Shown: in pieces, positions 27,449 to 37,407 of the stretch
Numbering within the stretch: the first letter of the stretch is position 1
Layout of the letters: every line of letters starts with the position of its first letter
From: DHVE2 group archaeon
GTDB taxonomy: Archaea; Thermoplasmatota; Thermoplasmata; Thermoplasmatales; Aciduliprofundaceae
DNA length: 64,000 nt
Assembly: GCA_015523125.1 (NCBI GenBank)
Contig: WAKX01000040.1
Span: 19,601-83,600, forward strand
Reading direction: 5' to 3'
The notes under the pieces: model-generated
What the model saw: the letters and a program-made list of their open reading frames with translations, nothing else
Databases searched by the model: none
What the model was told of the DNA's origin: nothing
Made by a program: the position numbers and the translations under genes

Positions 27449-27832
27449 ATGGTCCGCGTTCCAAAGGACATGTACGATGCAATAGGTGACATTATAAAGA
27501 AATATCCGCAGTATGGATGGAAAGGGCCATCCGAATTCGTCAGGGATGCCATAAGGAGATACGTGGAAGAATTGAAAAGGAGGGAAATCCTATTAGAAAA
27601 AGCCGTTAAAATCATGCCAAATCGCGTTAAAGCGATTCTTTCAAAATTCATGGGCCCCGCCGAGGCCGAAGAGGCGTACGAGAAAATAATTGGCATTCAG
27701 GAGAAAGAACCAGAGGAATACATAAGGAAGGTGGTGAATATACTGAGCGACTACGTGGGAGAAAAATTAGCGGAGCTAATAGCAAGAAGAATTGTGGAGG
27801 AGAGGGAAAATGAGGGTGAGCACAGGTATTAA
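27449..27832 (+). CDS. Ribbon-helix-helix (CopG-like) DNA-binding protein with a helical C-terminal extension
   Basis: MVRVPKDMYDAIGDII...PSEFVRDAIRRYVEEL matches the RHH strand-helix-helix pattern. It overlaps the KaiC-like start by 23 nt. The long ORF from 27164 overlaps the permease and was trimmed. Confidence 0.7.
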   Translation: MVRVPKDMYDAIGDIIKKYPQYGWKGPSEFVRDAIRRYVEELKRREILLEKAVKIMPNRVKAILSKFMGPAEAEEAYEKIIGIQEKEPEEYIRKVVNILSDYVGEKLAELIARRIVEERENEGEHRY

Positions 27833-29216
27833 AAATCTGGACGGGCTAATCGAAGGGGGCTTCATTGAGAAGAGCTTCAATTTAGTTTACGGTGGCGGGG
27901 GCACTGGCAAAACCCTCTTCACGATAAACTATCTTATAAACGGAGCTGAGGAGGGAAAGAATGTCCTTTACATATCACTGGAAGAAACATGGGAAGACAT
28001 AACCAGAAAATTGCCTCAGGGATTGGCGGAGCGGCTCGAGAAAGTTAAAGATAAGTTCAATTATCTGGACTTCGGAAGCTTGAGACCCATTCTCGGTAAG
28101 GAAATACTCAAAGGTGACGTTCTTACCGAAGCGATTACTAGCAGCATAGTGGTGCATAACATAGAACTTGTGGGATTGGATGGAATAGCACCGCTGTCCA
28201 TGTACTACGATGATGAGAAGAGAGTGAGAAGTGCAATATTCGACCTCTCGCAGAATTTAAAAAGTTACGGCGTGACAACGGTATTCACCAGCGAAGAGGT
28301 AAACGGGATGAGCAGGTACGGCTCCGAAGAGTATGTGGCGGATTCAGTAATCAAGCTCACCTTCGACGGAAAAAGGAGAAGGTTGCAGATTTTCAAAACT
28401 CGGGGATCAAGTTTCATAGGTGGAACACATGGCCTCGAAATAAGGAAAGATGGTCTAGAAGTATATCCTCGCGTTCTATTCTCCGAGAAAAAGAACTCGG
28501 GCAAAAACGACATTTTGGGAATTCAAAAACTGGACAACATGCTAGGTGAGACATATACCGGCGATGTGACACTAATCACCGGACCCCCCGGCTCGGGAAA
28601 ACACCTATTCGGATTGAAATTTCTGAAAAGCGGCTGCGCTCAGGGTAAAAAAGGAGTGTATGTGTCCTTCGAGTCCGAGGATAAAAAAATAGTGGAAGGA
28701 CTCAAAGAAATCAAGGATGCTTCCAAATTGTGCAAGATTGTTTACATCGATGCTCTTAACACCGATATCTTCAAAATTCTGTGGAAATTGAGAGCTCTCA
28801 CCCAAAGCGCAAACAGGCTGGTTATTCACAAAATGAACATTTTGGCGGATAATGAGGAATACAGGGAATTTGTTCATTCTTTAATCAAATACGTGCACAA
28901 CATGGGGATAAGCACTATGATCACATATACCACAAGCGATATTATGGCCACAAACGTCCTTGGCGATGAGCATGTGGTAAACTTAGCAGATAATATAATA
29001 AAGTTGTTCTTCGCTGAAATTAACGGGGAGCTAAAGAAAGTGTTGGCTATAATAAAGAGTCACTCGCCCACCCACGAAACTGGCCTGATAGAATACAGGT
29101 TAGGAAAGAGGGGAATAGTCATCGTTGGAAAAGTAGAAGAGATGGAGGGCATAATGAGCGGCACACCAACTAAGCAGCTGGAAATAAAGAGACGCGTTGA
29201 GAAGTTCTTCAAGTAA
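27810..29216 (+). CDS. Double-domain KaiC-like RecA-superfamily ATPase
   Basis: The N-domain has GIKNLDGLIEGG + Walker A GGGGTGKT + LVGLD. The C-domain has GIQKLDNMLGE + GPPGSGKH and a Walker-B position reading LVIHK, which looks degenerate. Confidence 0.85.
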   Translation: MRVSTGIKNLDGLIEGGFIEKSFNLVYGGGGTGKTLFTINYLINGAEEGKNVLYISLEETWEDITRKLPQGLAERLEKVKDKFNYLDFGSLRPILGKEILKGDVLTEAITSSIVVHNIELVGLDGIAPLSMYYDDEKRVRSAIFDLSQNLKSYGVTTVFTSEEVNGMSRYGSEEYVADSVIKLTFDGKRRRLQIFKTRGSSFIGGTHGLEIRKDGLEVYPRVLFSEKKNSGKNDILGIQKLDNMLGETYTGDVTLITGPPGSGKHLFGLKFLKSGCAQGKKGVYVSFESEDKKIVEGLKEIKDASKLCKIVYIDALNTDIFKILWKLRALTQSANRLVIHKMNILADNEEYREFVHSLIKYVHNMGISTMITYTTSDIMATNVLGDEHVVNLADNIIKLFFAEINGELKKVLAIIKSHSPTHETGLIEYRLGKRGIVIVGKVEEMEGIMSGTPTKQLEIKRRVEKFFK

Positions 29217-29248
29217 AACTTTAATATATCCCTCCCTTTTTGGGTGCT

Positions 29249-30532
29249 ATGTTCAGAACTCACACCACCATGGAAGCTTCTAACTTAGACGGAGAGGAAG
29301 TCAAAGTTTGCGGCTGGATCCACGATATCCGAGTTTTGGGAAGAATCTCCTTCATTATTCTCCGGGACCGCTATGGCTTTGCGCAGCTCACATTGATTAA
29401 GAGCATAATAGGCAAGGAGAATTTTAAGAAATACACTAAGCTAACGAGGGAAAGTGTTATTTGCGCTCGTGGAAAAGTGCAGAAAACGGAGCAGGCAAAG
29501 TTGGGTTTTGAAATTCTCCCAGAGGAAATAGAAGTGCTGAATGAATCGGAATCCCCGCTTCCGTTGGGCGTCGCCGATAAGGTTTCTGCGGACATGGAGA
29601 CGAGAATAGAGAACAGATTTTTAGATCTTAGAAAACCGGAAGTTCTCTCGGTGTTCATCGCCAGGAGCAATATCCTTAGAGGAATAAGAGAAATCCTGAC
29701 CGAAGAGAATTTCATAGAGGTTCACACTCCAAAAATAGTGGCCACCGCCACTGAGGGTGGTACCGAATTATTTCCGGTGAAGTACTTTGAGAAGGATGCT
29801 TTTTTGAATCAGAGCCCCCAGCTTTACAAGCAAATTCTAATGGGCTCTGGATTCGACAGGGTATTCGAAATAGCCCCTGCCTTCAGGGCCGAGGAGCACA
29901 ACACAACGAGGCATCTCAATGAATTTATATCAATTGACGCAGAAATGAGCTTTGCAGACGATGAAGATGCCATGCGCGTTTTGGAAAAAGGGATACAAAA
30001 TGCAATAAAGTACGCAGTGGAAGACGAATCCTTCGAAATGCTGAATCAGAATTTGGAGATTCCAAAGATTCCATTCAAGAGGCTCACATACGATGAAGCC
30101 CTCGACATAATAAATTCCCGCGGGTTTGACATGGAATGGGGCGAGGATTTCTCCACGGAGGCGCTTAAAATTTTGGGCGAGGAGATGGATGATTTTTACT
30201 TCATAACCAAATGGCCCCTCGAAATTAAGCCGTTCTACGTTCTTCCACACGAGAAGAAATACTCAAAGGCATTCGACCTCATGTACCGAGACAAAGAACT
30301 GAGCTCGGGAGCGCAGAGAAACCATGTTTACGATTCCTTGATTGAAGTGATGAAGAGCAAAGGACTAAATCCAGAAAGCTTTGAATTCTACCTACGGGCT
30401 TTCAGATATGGCATGCCCCCCCACGCAGGCTGGGGCCTCGGGCTGGAGCGTTTGGTGATGATCATAACTGGCGTGAAAAATATAAGAGAATGCGTGCTCT
30501 TCCCGAGGGACAGGACAAGGCTGATTCCGTAA
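29249..30532 (+). CDS. aspS: Aspartyl-tRNA synthetase (archaeal type)
   Basis: N-terminal OB domain ([21 protein letters not shown]). Class II motifs FRAEE..., SSGAQR and [14 protein letters not shown]-like ttaatatat about 25 nt upstream of the ATG at 29249 suggests a leaderless transcript. Confidence 0.95.
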   Translation: MFRTHTTMEASNLDGEEVKVCGWIHDIRVLGRISFIILRDRYGFAQLTLIKSIIGKENFKKYTKLTRESVICARGKVQKTEQAKLGFEILPEEIEVLNESESPLPLGVADKVSADMETRIENRFLDLRKPEVLSVFIARSNILRGIREILTEENFIEVHTPKIVATATEGGTELFPVKYFEKDAFLNQSPQLYKQILMGSGFDRVFEIAPAFRAEEHNTTRHLNEFISIDAEMSFADDEDAMRVLEKGIQNAIKYAVEDESFEMLNQNLEIPKIPFKRLTYDEALDIINSRGFDMEWGEDFSTEALKILGEEMDDFYFITKWPLEIKPFYVLPHEKKYSKAFDLMYRDKELSSGAQRNHVYDSLIEVMKSKGLNPESFEFYLRAFRYGMPPHAGWGLGLERLVMIITGVKNIRECVLFPRDRTRLIP

Positions 30533-30546
30533 AAATAGAAAAAAAT

Positions 30547-32181
30547 TTATTTTTTCTTTTTCGCAACGAGCAACACGATTAACACTATAACTATCACCAC
30601 CACTGCAATGCCCACGAGGCACATCATGCCCCCGATGTTCACATCGAGCACATTATTCTCGCCAGAGCCACCTTTTGCATCGTTTGTTATCTCACTCGAT
30701 GTGGTGATTTCTTTCTCGAATGTACCGTCTCCATTGGCATCGATGCTCAATTTTACCGCGTCCGCGGCATTAGAGGCAACTTTCTGCCAGTCAACAACGT
30801 ACTGATCTATTTCGCCTTTCGCGATGGAAATCCCCTTCGCGTTAACTACCAACTCGGATAGGGACGCCCTCGTGGCAGAGCCAATTTTCTTTATCTGTAA
30901 ATCGTAACTTCCGTCATGCATCCCAATAACCTGATACTTAAATGAAATCCCCGCACCCGTGGGAATTCTGTAAGTAATGGGATTTGCAACGTTTATCTCG
31001 ATTACTCCGCTGATCTCTTTATATTCTTTCATATCCCTGTCGTAGCCGTATTTTCTTCCCTGCGAGTCTATGATTAAAAGCGAGTCGTATGTCTCACCCT
31101 GCTGAGTGGATTTATCTTTGAGAGTTATTTCCACATAGGTGCCAACATCGGGGGCATCCGCAACTCGAAGGTTGTGGCCGTAATAATCGCTCCAAGCTAT
31201 TTTTCCCCCTCCAATTGCAATGTGCCATATGTCTCCTGCGTAGTTGTTAATTTTGTAAAGCTTATGTGAGAGAACATTGTATATGTACCCATTGTAGTCA
31301 TAGCTAAAGGCCACAAGATAATTATCGAAGGATAGAGAATCGAAGAAATCATAACTTGTGTCAAAAGAGGCAATTCTTTTGTACTCTCCACTCATTATGT
31401 TAATTGCATCTATGAATATACTTTTGCCAAAGTTCCATCTTCCAGCAGTGATTACCCAATCCCCATATATTGCCATTATATTACCATTAGAAACGGCTTT
31501 CCAGAACGTCCCATTGGCGAACGAGTAAATGTATTGTCCTGAAGCGAGGTATTTGTCAGAAATCACAGGAATGCTGAGTTCACCTGAACTTGGGAAATCT
31601 ACTTTTTTAATGTTTCCAGGGGGATTATCGAGGGTTGTGTACCCTATCCATTCATCCTGATTCCCTCCATCTTTGTCGTTTTTGTAATATTCAAACGCCA
31701 GTTTATTTCCCCACACCGAAGGATTCTTGTAGACATTCAAATTATCTCCGGATAGAATATCTCCAGAACTGCTAATTATACTCCCGTTCTGCTCCCATAT
31801 TACTCTATATCCTCCGTTTGTCAAAGATATTTTAGGGCTCATATCTAGCTCCTCCGTTTTACCGTAGTGCTTCACGCTTCCATCAGGATATGAATAGGTG
31901 AAGACATCATAATCCCAACTTGTTTCACTCATCTTAATACTTTCATCCCATGCCACCATGTAATCATTCGTTGATTTTCCAGCCATGGATAGATCCACTA
32001 TAGTGTTATTTGTAGAATACGCAACATGTGCATCTAAATCGACGGAAATAGTGCCCGCATATCTTGTCGCATGGTATTCTTTCACCTGTTCCTCATGCTG
32101 CATCGCAATTCCTTGCAGAGAAAGCACAATCAGCAAAACTACCGATAAAAACAAAATAATTTTTTTCGTCACATCTATCAA
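30547..32181 (-). CDS. Secreted, C-terminally anchored protein with a beta-propeller-like repeat region and a DxNxDG Ca-binding-like motif
   Basis: N-terminal signal/TM segment (ILFLSVVLLIVLSLQG). Recurrent aromatic/W-containing blades (RVIWEQNG, KIAWSDYYG). DANGDG near the C-terminus. The final TM helix is followed by KKKK. Confidence 0.6.
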   Translation of the reverse strand: MIDVTKKIILFLSVVLLIVLSLQGIAMQHEEQVKEYHATRYAGTISVDLDAHVAYSTNNTIVDLSMAGKSTNDYMVAWDESIKMSETSWDYDVFTYSYPDGSVKHYGKTEELDMSPKISLTNGGYRVIWEQNGSIISSSGDILSGDNLNVYKNPSVWGNKLAFEYYKNDKDGGNQDEWIGYTTLDNPPGNIKKVDFPSSGELSIPVISDKYLASGQYIYSFANGTFWKAVSNGNIMAIYGDWVITAGRWNFGKSIFIDAINIMSGEYKRIASFDTSYDFFDSLSFDNYLVAFSYDYNGYIYNVLSHKLYKINNYAGDIWHIAIGGGKIAWSDYYGHNLRVADAPDVGTYVEITLKDKSTQQGETYDSLLIIDSQGRKYGYDRDMKEYKEISGVIEINVANPITYRIPTGAGISFKYQVIGMHDGSYDLQIKKIGSATRASLSELVVNAKGISIAKGEIDQYVVDWQKVASNAADAVKLSIDANGDGTFEKEITTSSEITNDAKGGSGENNVLDVNIGGMMCLVGIAVVVIVIVLIVLLVAKKKK

Positions 32182-32275
32182 CTCCTATGCTTTTATAAGC
32201 ATACTGAACCCATGTATTTTTTCATATTTAAAAGTTGCATTTGAACAAAAAATATAAAAATAAAAAATACAACAT

Positions 32276-33226
32276 TTATTTTAACATCAAATCTTCGTAA
32301 GCTGCTAGTGCGGCCATAGCCCCCTGGCCCGCGGCAATTATGATTTGCCCTGCAATTCCCGTCACATCCCCCGCGGCGTAAACCATTGGAACGTTGGTCC
32401 GCATCTTAGAAGACACCTTGATATATCCCCGATTATCCGTCTCCACGCCTATTTTCTTCGCCAGCTCACTTATTGGAATGAGGCCAACGTAGATGAACAC
32501 CCCATCAACTTTCTCCTCTTTTATTTCTCCGCTCGTTCTATCTTTGTACACCACCTTCTCCACTTTATTCTCGCCGGCGATTTCCGTGACCATGGCATTG
32601 GTAATGTACCTTATCCCTTTCTCGTTGATTATGTCCTGATACGCCTTCTCGCACATGTAAGTGGGCATGTACTCTAAAACCACGGGCTCCACACCTATAT
32701 CTTTCAGATATATCGCCGCAATTGCTCCGGAGTTGCCACCACCTATCACTGCAACTCTTTTTCCTCGATAGAAATAGCCGTCGCATGTGACACAATAAGA
32801 AACACCTCTGCCGAACAATTCCTTCTCACCCGGCACTCCAATAGTCTTGTGCGTGGTTCCAGTGGCAAAGATTATTGCTTTCGCGGTGTATTCTCCCTTC
32901 TCCGCTTTAAGAACGAATTTTCCGTTTTCCATGATTATATCTCGCACTTCATTTCTCTCGGAAATCTCTACGTACTTCATCGCATGCTCCTTGAAAAGCT
33001 TCGCGAGCTTCTCCCCCTCTATTCCCTCGAATCCAAGGTAATTCTCCACGAAGGGCGCTTCTTCCGCGAGACCTCCAGCATTGCCCTTGTCGATTATTAT
33101 GGCGCTCATTCCCGCGCGTATTGCGTATATTCCCGCACTTAACCCCGCGGGGCCCGCACCGATTATGGCTACGTCCACTTCCTTGTTCTCCTTCGATGCT
33201 GAAGGAAGAACAAAACCGATGCTCAT
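32276..33226 (-). CDS. trxB: Thioredoxin reductase (low-Mr, FAD/NAD(P)-dependent)
   Basis: GAGPAGLSAG FAD motif, redox CVTCDG (CxxC), GGGNSG, and AAGDV. Confidence 0.93.
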   Translation of the reverse strand: MSIGFVLPSASKENKEVDVAIIGAGPAGLSAGIYAIRAGMSAIIIDKGNAGGLAEEAPFVENYLGFEGIEGEKLAKLFKEHAMKYVEISERNEVRDIIMENGKFVLKAEKGEYTAKAIIFATGTTHKTIGVPGEKELFGRGVSYCVTCDGYFYRGKRVAVIGGGNSGAIAAIYLKDIGVEPVVLEYMPTYMCEKAYQDIINEKGIRYITNAMVTEIAGENKVEKVVYKDRTSGEIKEEKVDGVFIYVGLIPISELAKKIGVETDNRGYIKVSSKMRTNVPMVYAAGDVTGIAGQIIIAAGQGAMAALAAYEDLMLK

Positions 33227-33235
33227 GAAATCACC

Positions 33236-33886
33236 TCACTTCATCTTCTTCCAGGCTTCCACCACGTACTTTATGTACTGCTCATCGGGATATGCCCCTA
33301 TGAACTGCACATCCTCGTTTATCAATATGTGTGGCACGCTCATCACATTCCACTTGTTTGCCCACTCCGGAAACTCCATTGCTTCCACCATCTCGCCGGT
33401 TATATTCTCGTTGAGTATGGCAAAGCGGTGCGCTGTCCTCACGGCCCTAGGGCAATAGGGACAAGTTGGAGTTACGAACACCTGAATCCTGACGGGCTTA
33501 TCAATCATCTGAAGCTGCATCTTCACCTCGTCGCTCACTTCAGCATCCCTTCTCGAGACATCGATTATATCTTCGATCATGGAAGAGAACTCGTAGCCGG
33601 AGGGAAGACCAACGTACCTTATCCTTCCTCCGTATTTGTCACCGTCTGTTATCACCACGGTGGGAGCGTGCTCCACGCCATACTTCTTCGCTTCCTCGCC
33701 GTTCACCGGGTACTCGTGAAATTCTATTGCGTCGTGTAGCTCCGCGACCTCTTGACCAAGCGCGGTGGCCACATTGCAGTACTGGCAGTTGTCGCCAGTG
33801 AACACGAGAATCTTCACGTTCTCCTTGAGGTACTTGTCAAATTCTCCCTTCAAATATTCCTTATCTTTATCGCCTATGTATCCCAT
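33236..33886 (-). CDS. Protein disulfide oxidoreductase (two-thioredoxin-fold glutaredoxin-like PDO)
   Basis: 216 aa with two CxxC sites (CQYC, CPYC). It is adjacent to trxB, as in other archaea. Confidence 0.88.
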   Translation of the reverse strand: MGYIGDKDKEYLKGEFDKYLKENVKILVFTGDNCQYCNVATALGQEVAELHDAIEFHEYPVNGEEAKKYGVEHAPTVVITDGDKYGGRIRYVGLPSGYEFSSMIEDIIDVSRRDAEVSDEVKMQLQMIDKPVRIQVFVTPTCPYCPRAVRTAHRFAILNENITGEMVEAMEFPEWANKWNVMSVPHILINEDVQFIGAYPDEQYIKYVVEAWKKMK

Positions 33887-33950
33887 TTAAATCACCTTTC
33901 GTTGGGATAATTGTCTCGTATTAAAACCTTTGTGGCACACTTGTGAGTAA

Positions 33951-34301
33951 TTAAATTCCCAAAAGCCCACGCCAGCCCATGCCCATGAGATAGAGCGCGA
34001 GGAGGAATAGGAGAAATCCTGAACCGCTGAGTATTATCCCCTCATAGAAGCTCCTGTCGAAAACAGCTTTTTCCTCGAGGGTCTTTTTCTCACGCGGTAA
34101 ATTTTTCCACAGGCTTTCGATTACCGTGCCCAAATCGTACATGGCGGATACTCCTGCGAGCATTAGAATTATGCCTAAAAGCAGAATAATGAAAGGAGTT
34201 AAAACACCCAAAATGAGCATGACGACAACGAAGATTATGAAATTCCTCATGCTCTTTTTCTTCCTCTCCCTCATAAGATTTTCTACGTCGTCATCTCCCA
34301 T
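33951..34301 (-). CDS. Small membrane protein (hypothetical)
   Basis: 116 aa with three hydrophobic helices. Confidence 0.5.
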   Translation of the reverse strand: MGDDDVENLMRERKKKSMRNFIIFVVVMLILGVLTPFIILLLGIILMLAGVSAMYDLGTVIESLWKNLPREKKTLEEKAVFDRSFYEGIILSGSGFLLFLLALYLMGMGWRGLLGI

Positions 34302-34388
34302 ACCTCGAAAATCGGGCCATAGTATTTAAAAAATTGCAATGCAAAGATGGAAAAATTTATAACATACCATGAAATACCAAGCGCAGGG

Positions 34389-35123
34389 ATGGCCATGAGA
34401 GTGAAAATTGATGTGAAAGACCTCAAGGAGATTACGAATCTTCTGCTGACTTTGGTGAGCGAAGCAAAATTCGAGCTCAACTCCGAGAAGATGGAAGTTA
34501 AGGCTGTGGATGCGGCTCATATTGCAATGATAGTGCTTGAAGTTTCCAAGGATGGCTTCATCGAGTTCGAAGCGGAAGATGAAGAGCTCGGAGTTGATTT
34601 GGATAAAGTGAAGGACATACTCAAGCTTACCTCCTCCAACGACGTTGTGGAAATCACTAAAGAGGGAAACAAGCTAACGTTTTTGATAGGAAATTTATCG
34701 AGAAGCATGCCACTCATAGACGCAAGCGCATTATCAGTTCCAAAAGTTCCCAACATAGGATTGCCGGCCAAGGTTGTAATTTCCAAGAGCGATTTCGTAA
34801 ATGGGATAAAGGCAGCTGAATCGATATCGGATAGCATAACCCTTCAGGTCACCCCCACAGAATTCGAGATGTTCGCCAGCGGGGACGAAGATTCATCGAG
34901 ATTAAATCTCCAGAAAGACATGGTGAAAGAAATAGACTGCGACGAGCCCGTGAAGAGCACCTATCCAGTGGATTATCTTCTCAAGCTTGCGAAGGCCATG
35001 GATTCAACGGAGTACATCACAATACACCTTGGCAAAGATTACCCTGTGAAAATAGTGTTCGACATAGTGAAGGGAAAAGGAAAGGTAACTTATCTCCTAG
35101 CACCCAGAATAGAAGGAGAGTAA
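34389..35123 (+). CDS. pcn: DNA polymerase sliding clamp PCNA
   Basis: MAMRVKIDVKDLKEITNLLLTLVSEAKFE...AVDAAHIAMIVLE.. is the PCNA fold pattern. The start is uncertain, and the ORF opens at 34347. Confidence 0.9.
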   Translation: MAMRVKIDVKDLKEITNLLLTLVSEAKFELNSEKMEVKAVDAAHIAMIVLEVSKDGFIEFEAEDEELGVDLDKVKDILKLTSSNDVVEITKEGNKLTFLIGNLSRSMPLIDASALSVPKVPNIGLPAKVVISKSDFVNGIKAAESISDSITLQVTPTEFEMFASGDEDSSRLNLQKDMVKEIDCDEPVKSTYPVDYLLKLAKAMDSTEYITIHLGKDYPVKIVFDIVKGKGKVTYLLAPRIEGE

Positions 35124-35792
35124 TCAAACCTTCCCCAACTTCTTTTTGAAAAGGTAAATCAGATTTTTCAGCCCGTCTTCCCATGTGTTCAATTTCACCT
35201 CTCCTTTTCTTTCGCGATACTCAATTGGAATTTCTGCGCACTTGAATTTTCTCCATGCCTCCACCTTGATTTCCTCGCTGAAGGGCATCCCATCGGATTT
35301 CACATCCAAATCATTGAGTATGGTGCGTTTGAATATCCACATTCCACTCTGAGAATCTTTTATCTTTACTCCAAAAAGCAAGCGGGTTACAAAGGTAAGA
35401 ATCATGTTCCCTACTTTGTGAGTTATCCCCATTGCCCCTTCCTTCATCTTTGAAAATCTCTCGCAGGATATGAAATCGTAATCATTCTCTAGCAAATAAT
35501 CCACCAGTTCGGGTATTTTTTCCGCGGGATAGGTGTCATCTCCGTCCAATGTGACAATGATATCGCCTGTGGCGTGCTGAAATCCCGTTTTATACGCTCT
35601 TCCGTACCCTTTCCTCTTTTCAACTATGACCTTCGCGCCTTTCTCCTCCGCAATTTCTCGAGTTCTGTCCTTGGAATCCCCGTCAACCACTATTATTTCC
35701 CAATTGTACTTATCGGTGCGTGGAATCTTATCAAGTACGTGTCCTATGGAATCTTCCTCGTTTAAAGTCGGAATCACAATGCTAACTTTCAT
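35124..35792 (-). CDS. Family 2 glycosyltransferase (dolichyl-phosphate sugar synthase-like)
   Basis: VSIVIPTLNEE...VVDGDSKD...LDGDD (DxD). There is a 4-nt overlap with the upstream GT2 gene. Confidence 0.88.
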   Translation of the reverse strand: MKVSIVIPTLNEEDSIGHVLDKIPRTDKYNWEIIVVDGDSKDRTREIAEEKGAKVIVEKRKGYGRAYKTGFQHATGDIIVTLDGDDTYPAEKIPELVDYLLENDYDFISCERFSKMKEGAMGITHKVGNMILTFVTRLLFGVKIKDSQSGMWIFKRTILNDLDVKSDGMPFSEEIKVEAWRKFKCAEIPIEYRERKGEVKLNTWEDGLKNLIYLFKKKLGKV

Positions 35793-36571
35793 AGTCTCTC
35801 ACCGTAGAGCTTACAAGCCATGTAACCCATGAACGCGAATCCGAGGCGTATGGTACCCCAGAATGACATCTGGGATGGGTTAAACATGTTTTGGGGCTTG
35901 TACTTCCCCCATAGTTTTCCGTGTTTTAAAGTTAACTGTTTCCTCCCGTACCCGTTCCAGAACGCTTGCTTTGCAAAAGAGAAGAAAGAGTCGCGGGTGC
36001 GGTGATAAACAATTGCATCGGGATTGTACTCAATACAGGCCCCGTGCGATACGGCCCTTATGTTCAAATCAATGTCCTCGGCAGTCATGAACCATGTGTC
36101 GAACCCGCCAATCTCCTCAAAAAGTGATTTGCGATAAGCTAAATTGCAACTGGGAAATGTAACGTCGAAGCCCTTGTAAAACAATTCCACGCGCTCCAAT
36201 TTTTCCCAGGGTCCGTAGCCTATGTAAAGAGTTCTACCGGCAACCACATCGGCGCCTTTCTCAAAAGATTTCCTTATAGCCTTCAGCCAGAATGGATTGA
36301 CAAGGTCATCTCCGTCGGTGAAAGCAACATAATCAGCGGTCGCCTTGCTAACGCCGTAATTTCTTCCCGCGCCTCTGGATCCTCCCTTCACGTAGAGATG
36401 AATGAACTCGTATCTATCCTGATACTCCTTAACAATATCCCGCGTCCTATCTGTGCTGTGAGCATCCACTATTATAATCTCGAAGGGCTGCTCCTGTATG
36501 ACGAGAGAATCTAAGAGATACGAGATGTACTTCTCCTCGTTTCTAACCGTTATCACAACGCTTATTTTCAC
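35789..36571 (-). CDS. Family 2 glycosyltransferase
   Basis: ISVVITVRNEE...IVDAHSTDRT...FTDGDD, and an AEDIDL motif. Confidence 0.88.
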   Translation of the reverse strand: MKISVVITVRNEEKYISYLLDSLVIQEQPFEIIIVDAHSTDRTRDIVKEYQDRYEFIHLYVKGGSRGAGRNYGVSKATADYVAFTDGDDLVNPFWLKAIRKSFEKGADVVAGRTLYIGYGPWEKLERVELFYKGFDVTFPSCNLAYRKSLFEEIGGFDTWFMTAEDIDLNIRAVSHGACIEYNPDAIVYHRTRDSFFSFAKQAFWNGYGRKQLTLKHGKLWGKYKPQNMFNPSQMSFWGTIRLGFAFMGYMACKLYGERL

Positions 36572-36656
36572 GTTGGAAAATGTAATTCATACATAATATT
36601 TTTTTCTCTTTCATCTGTAGAAAAATAGAAATACCATTTGAACATTAGCATTATAG

Positions 36657-37406
36657 ATGGCAGATAGCGGACGGGATAGATGTAAAACAGGCATTGCGGG
36701 CCTGGATAGCATACTCAACGGCGGCATTCCCCGGGGGAATACCATTCTGATCACCGGTTCATGCGGTACCGGCAAAACTACATTAAGTCTCGAATTTTTG
36801 GTTCACGGAGCCCTCATGGGCGAGAGGTCCATGTACATCTCCGTCACGGAAGCTCCGGAAAAATTAGTGGATAACATGATTACCTACGATTTCTTCGATA
36901 AAAAATTGATAAACGAGAAAAAGTTGATACTTGTGGATTTGCAAGAAATATACGTGAAATTAGGCTTGGAGAAACTGGAATTCACGCTGGAAGATGTGAA
37001 TATATTGGTGAGTCAAATTGTGAAAATCGTTAAAGAGTTAGGAATAAAAAGGCTGGTGATAGATTCAATAACTTCAATTTGCTATCGTCTGACTTCTAAA
37101 GAAGAAATAAGGGAATTCATTCTACATCTTGGAAAAGAGCTATCCGATTTGGGATGCACCACAATCCTCATCTCCGAGCTTTTGCACTCTTCCGAAGGCT
37201 ATTCTCAATACGGGGTGGAAGAGGCAATAGCTGATGGGATCATATTCATGGGGAACTTGGAGCGCAGGGGGGATCTGCTGAGAACGATACAAGTGATAAA
37301 AATGAGAGGAACCACGCATTCCAGAGCAAAGTATGTTCTTGATTTAACACCCATAGGAGTTCTATTGGCTCCTTTGCTCAAGGGCGGTAGCTCGGAGGTG
37401 ACATGA
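36657..37406 (+). CDS. Single-domain KaiC-like RecA-superfamily ATPase (intact P-loop)
   Basis: GIAGLDSILNGGIP + Walker A GSCGTGKT (36756-36779) + Walker B LVIDSITS + IKMRGTTH. Confidence 0.88.
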   Translation: MADSGRDRCKTGIAGLDSILNGGIPRGNTILITGSCGTGKTTLSLEFLVHGALMGERSMYISVTEAPEKLVDNMITYDFFDKKLINEKKLILVDLQEIYVKLGLEKLEFTLEDVNILVSQIVKIVKELGIKRLVIDSITSICYRLTSKEEIREFILHLGKELSDLGCTTILISELLHSSEGYSQYGVEEAIADGIIFMGNLERRGDLLRTIQVIKMRGTTHSRAKYVLDLTPIGVLLAPLLKGGSSEVT

Positions 37407-37407
37407 G

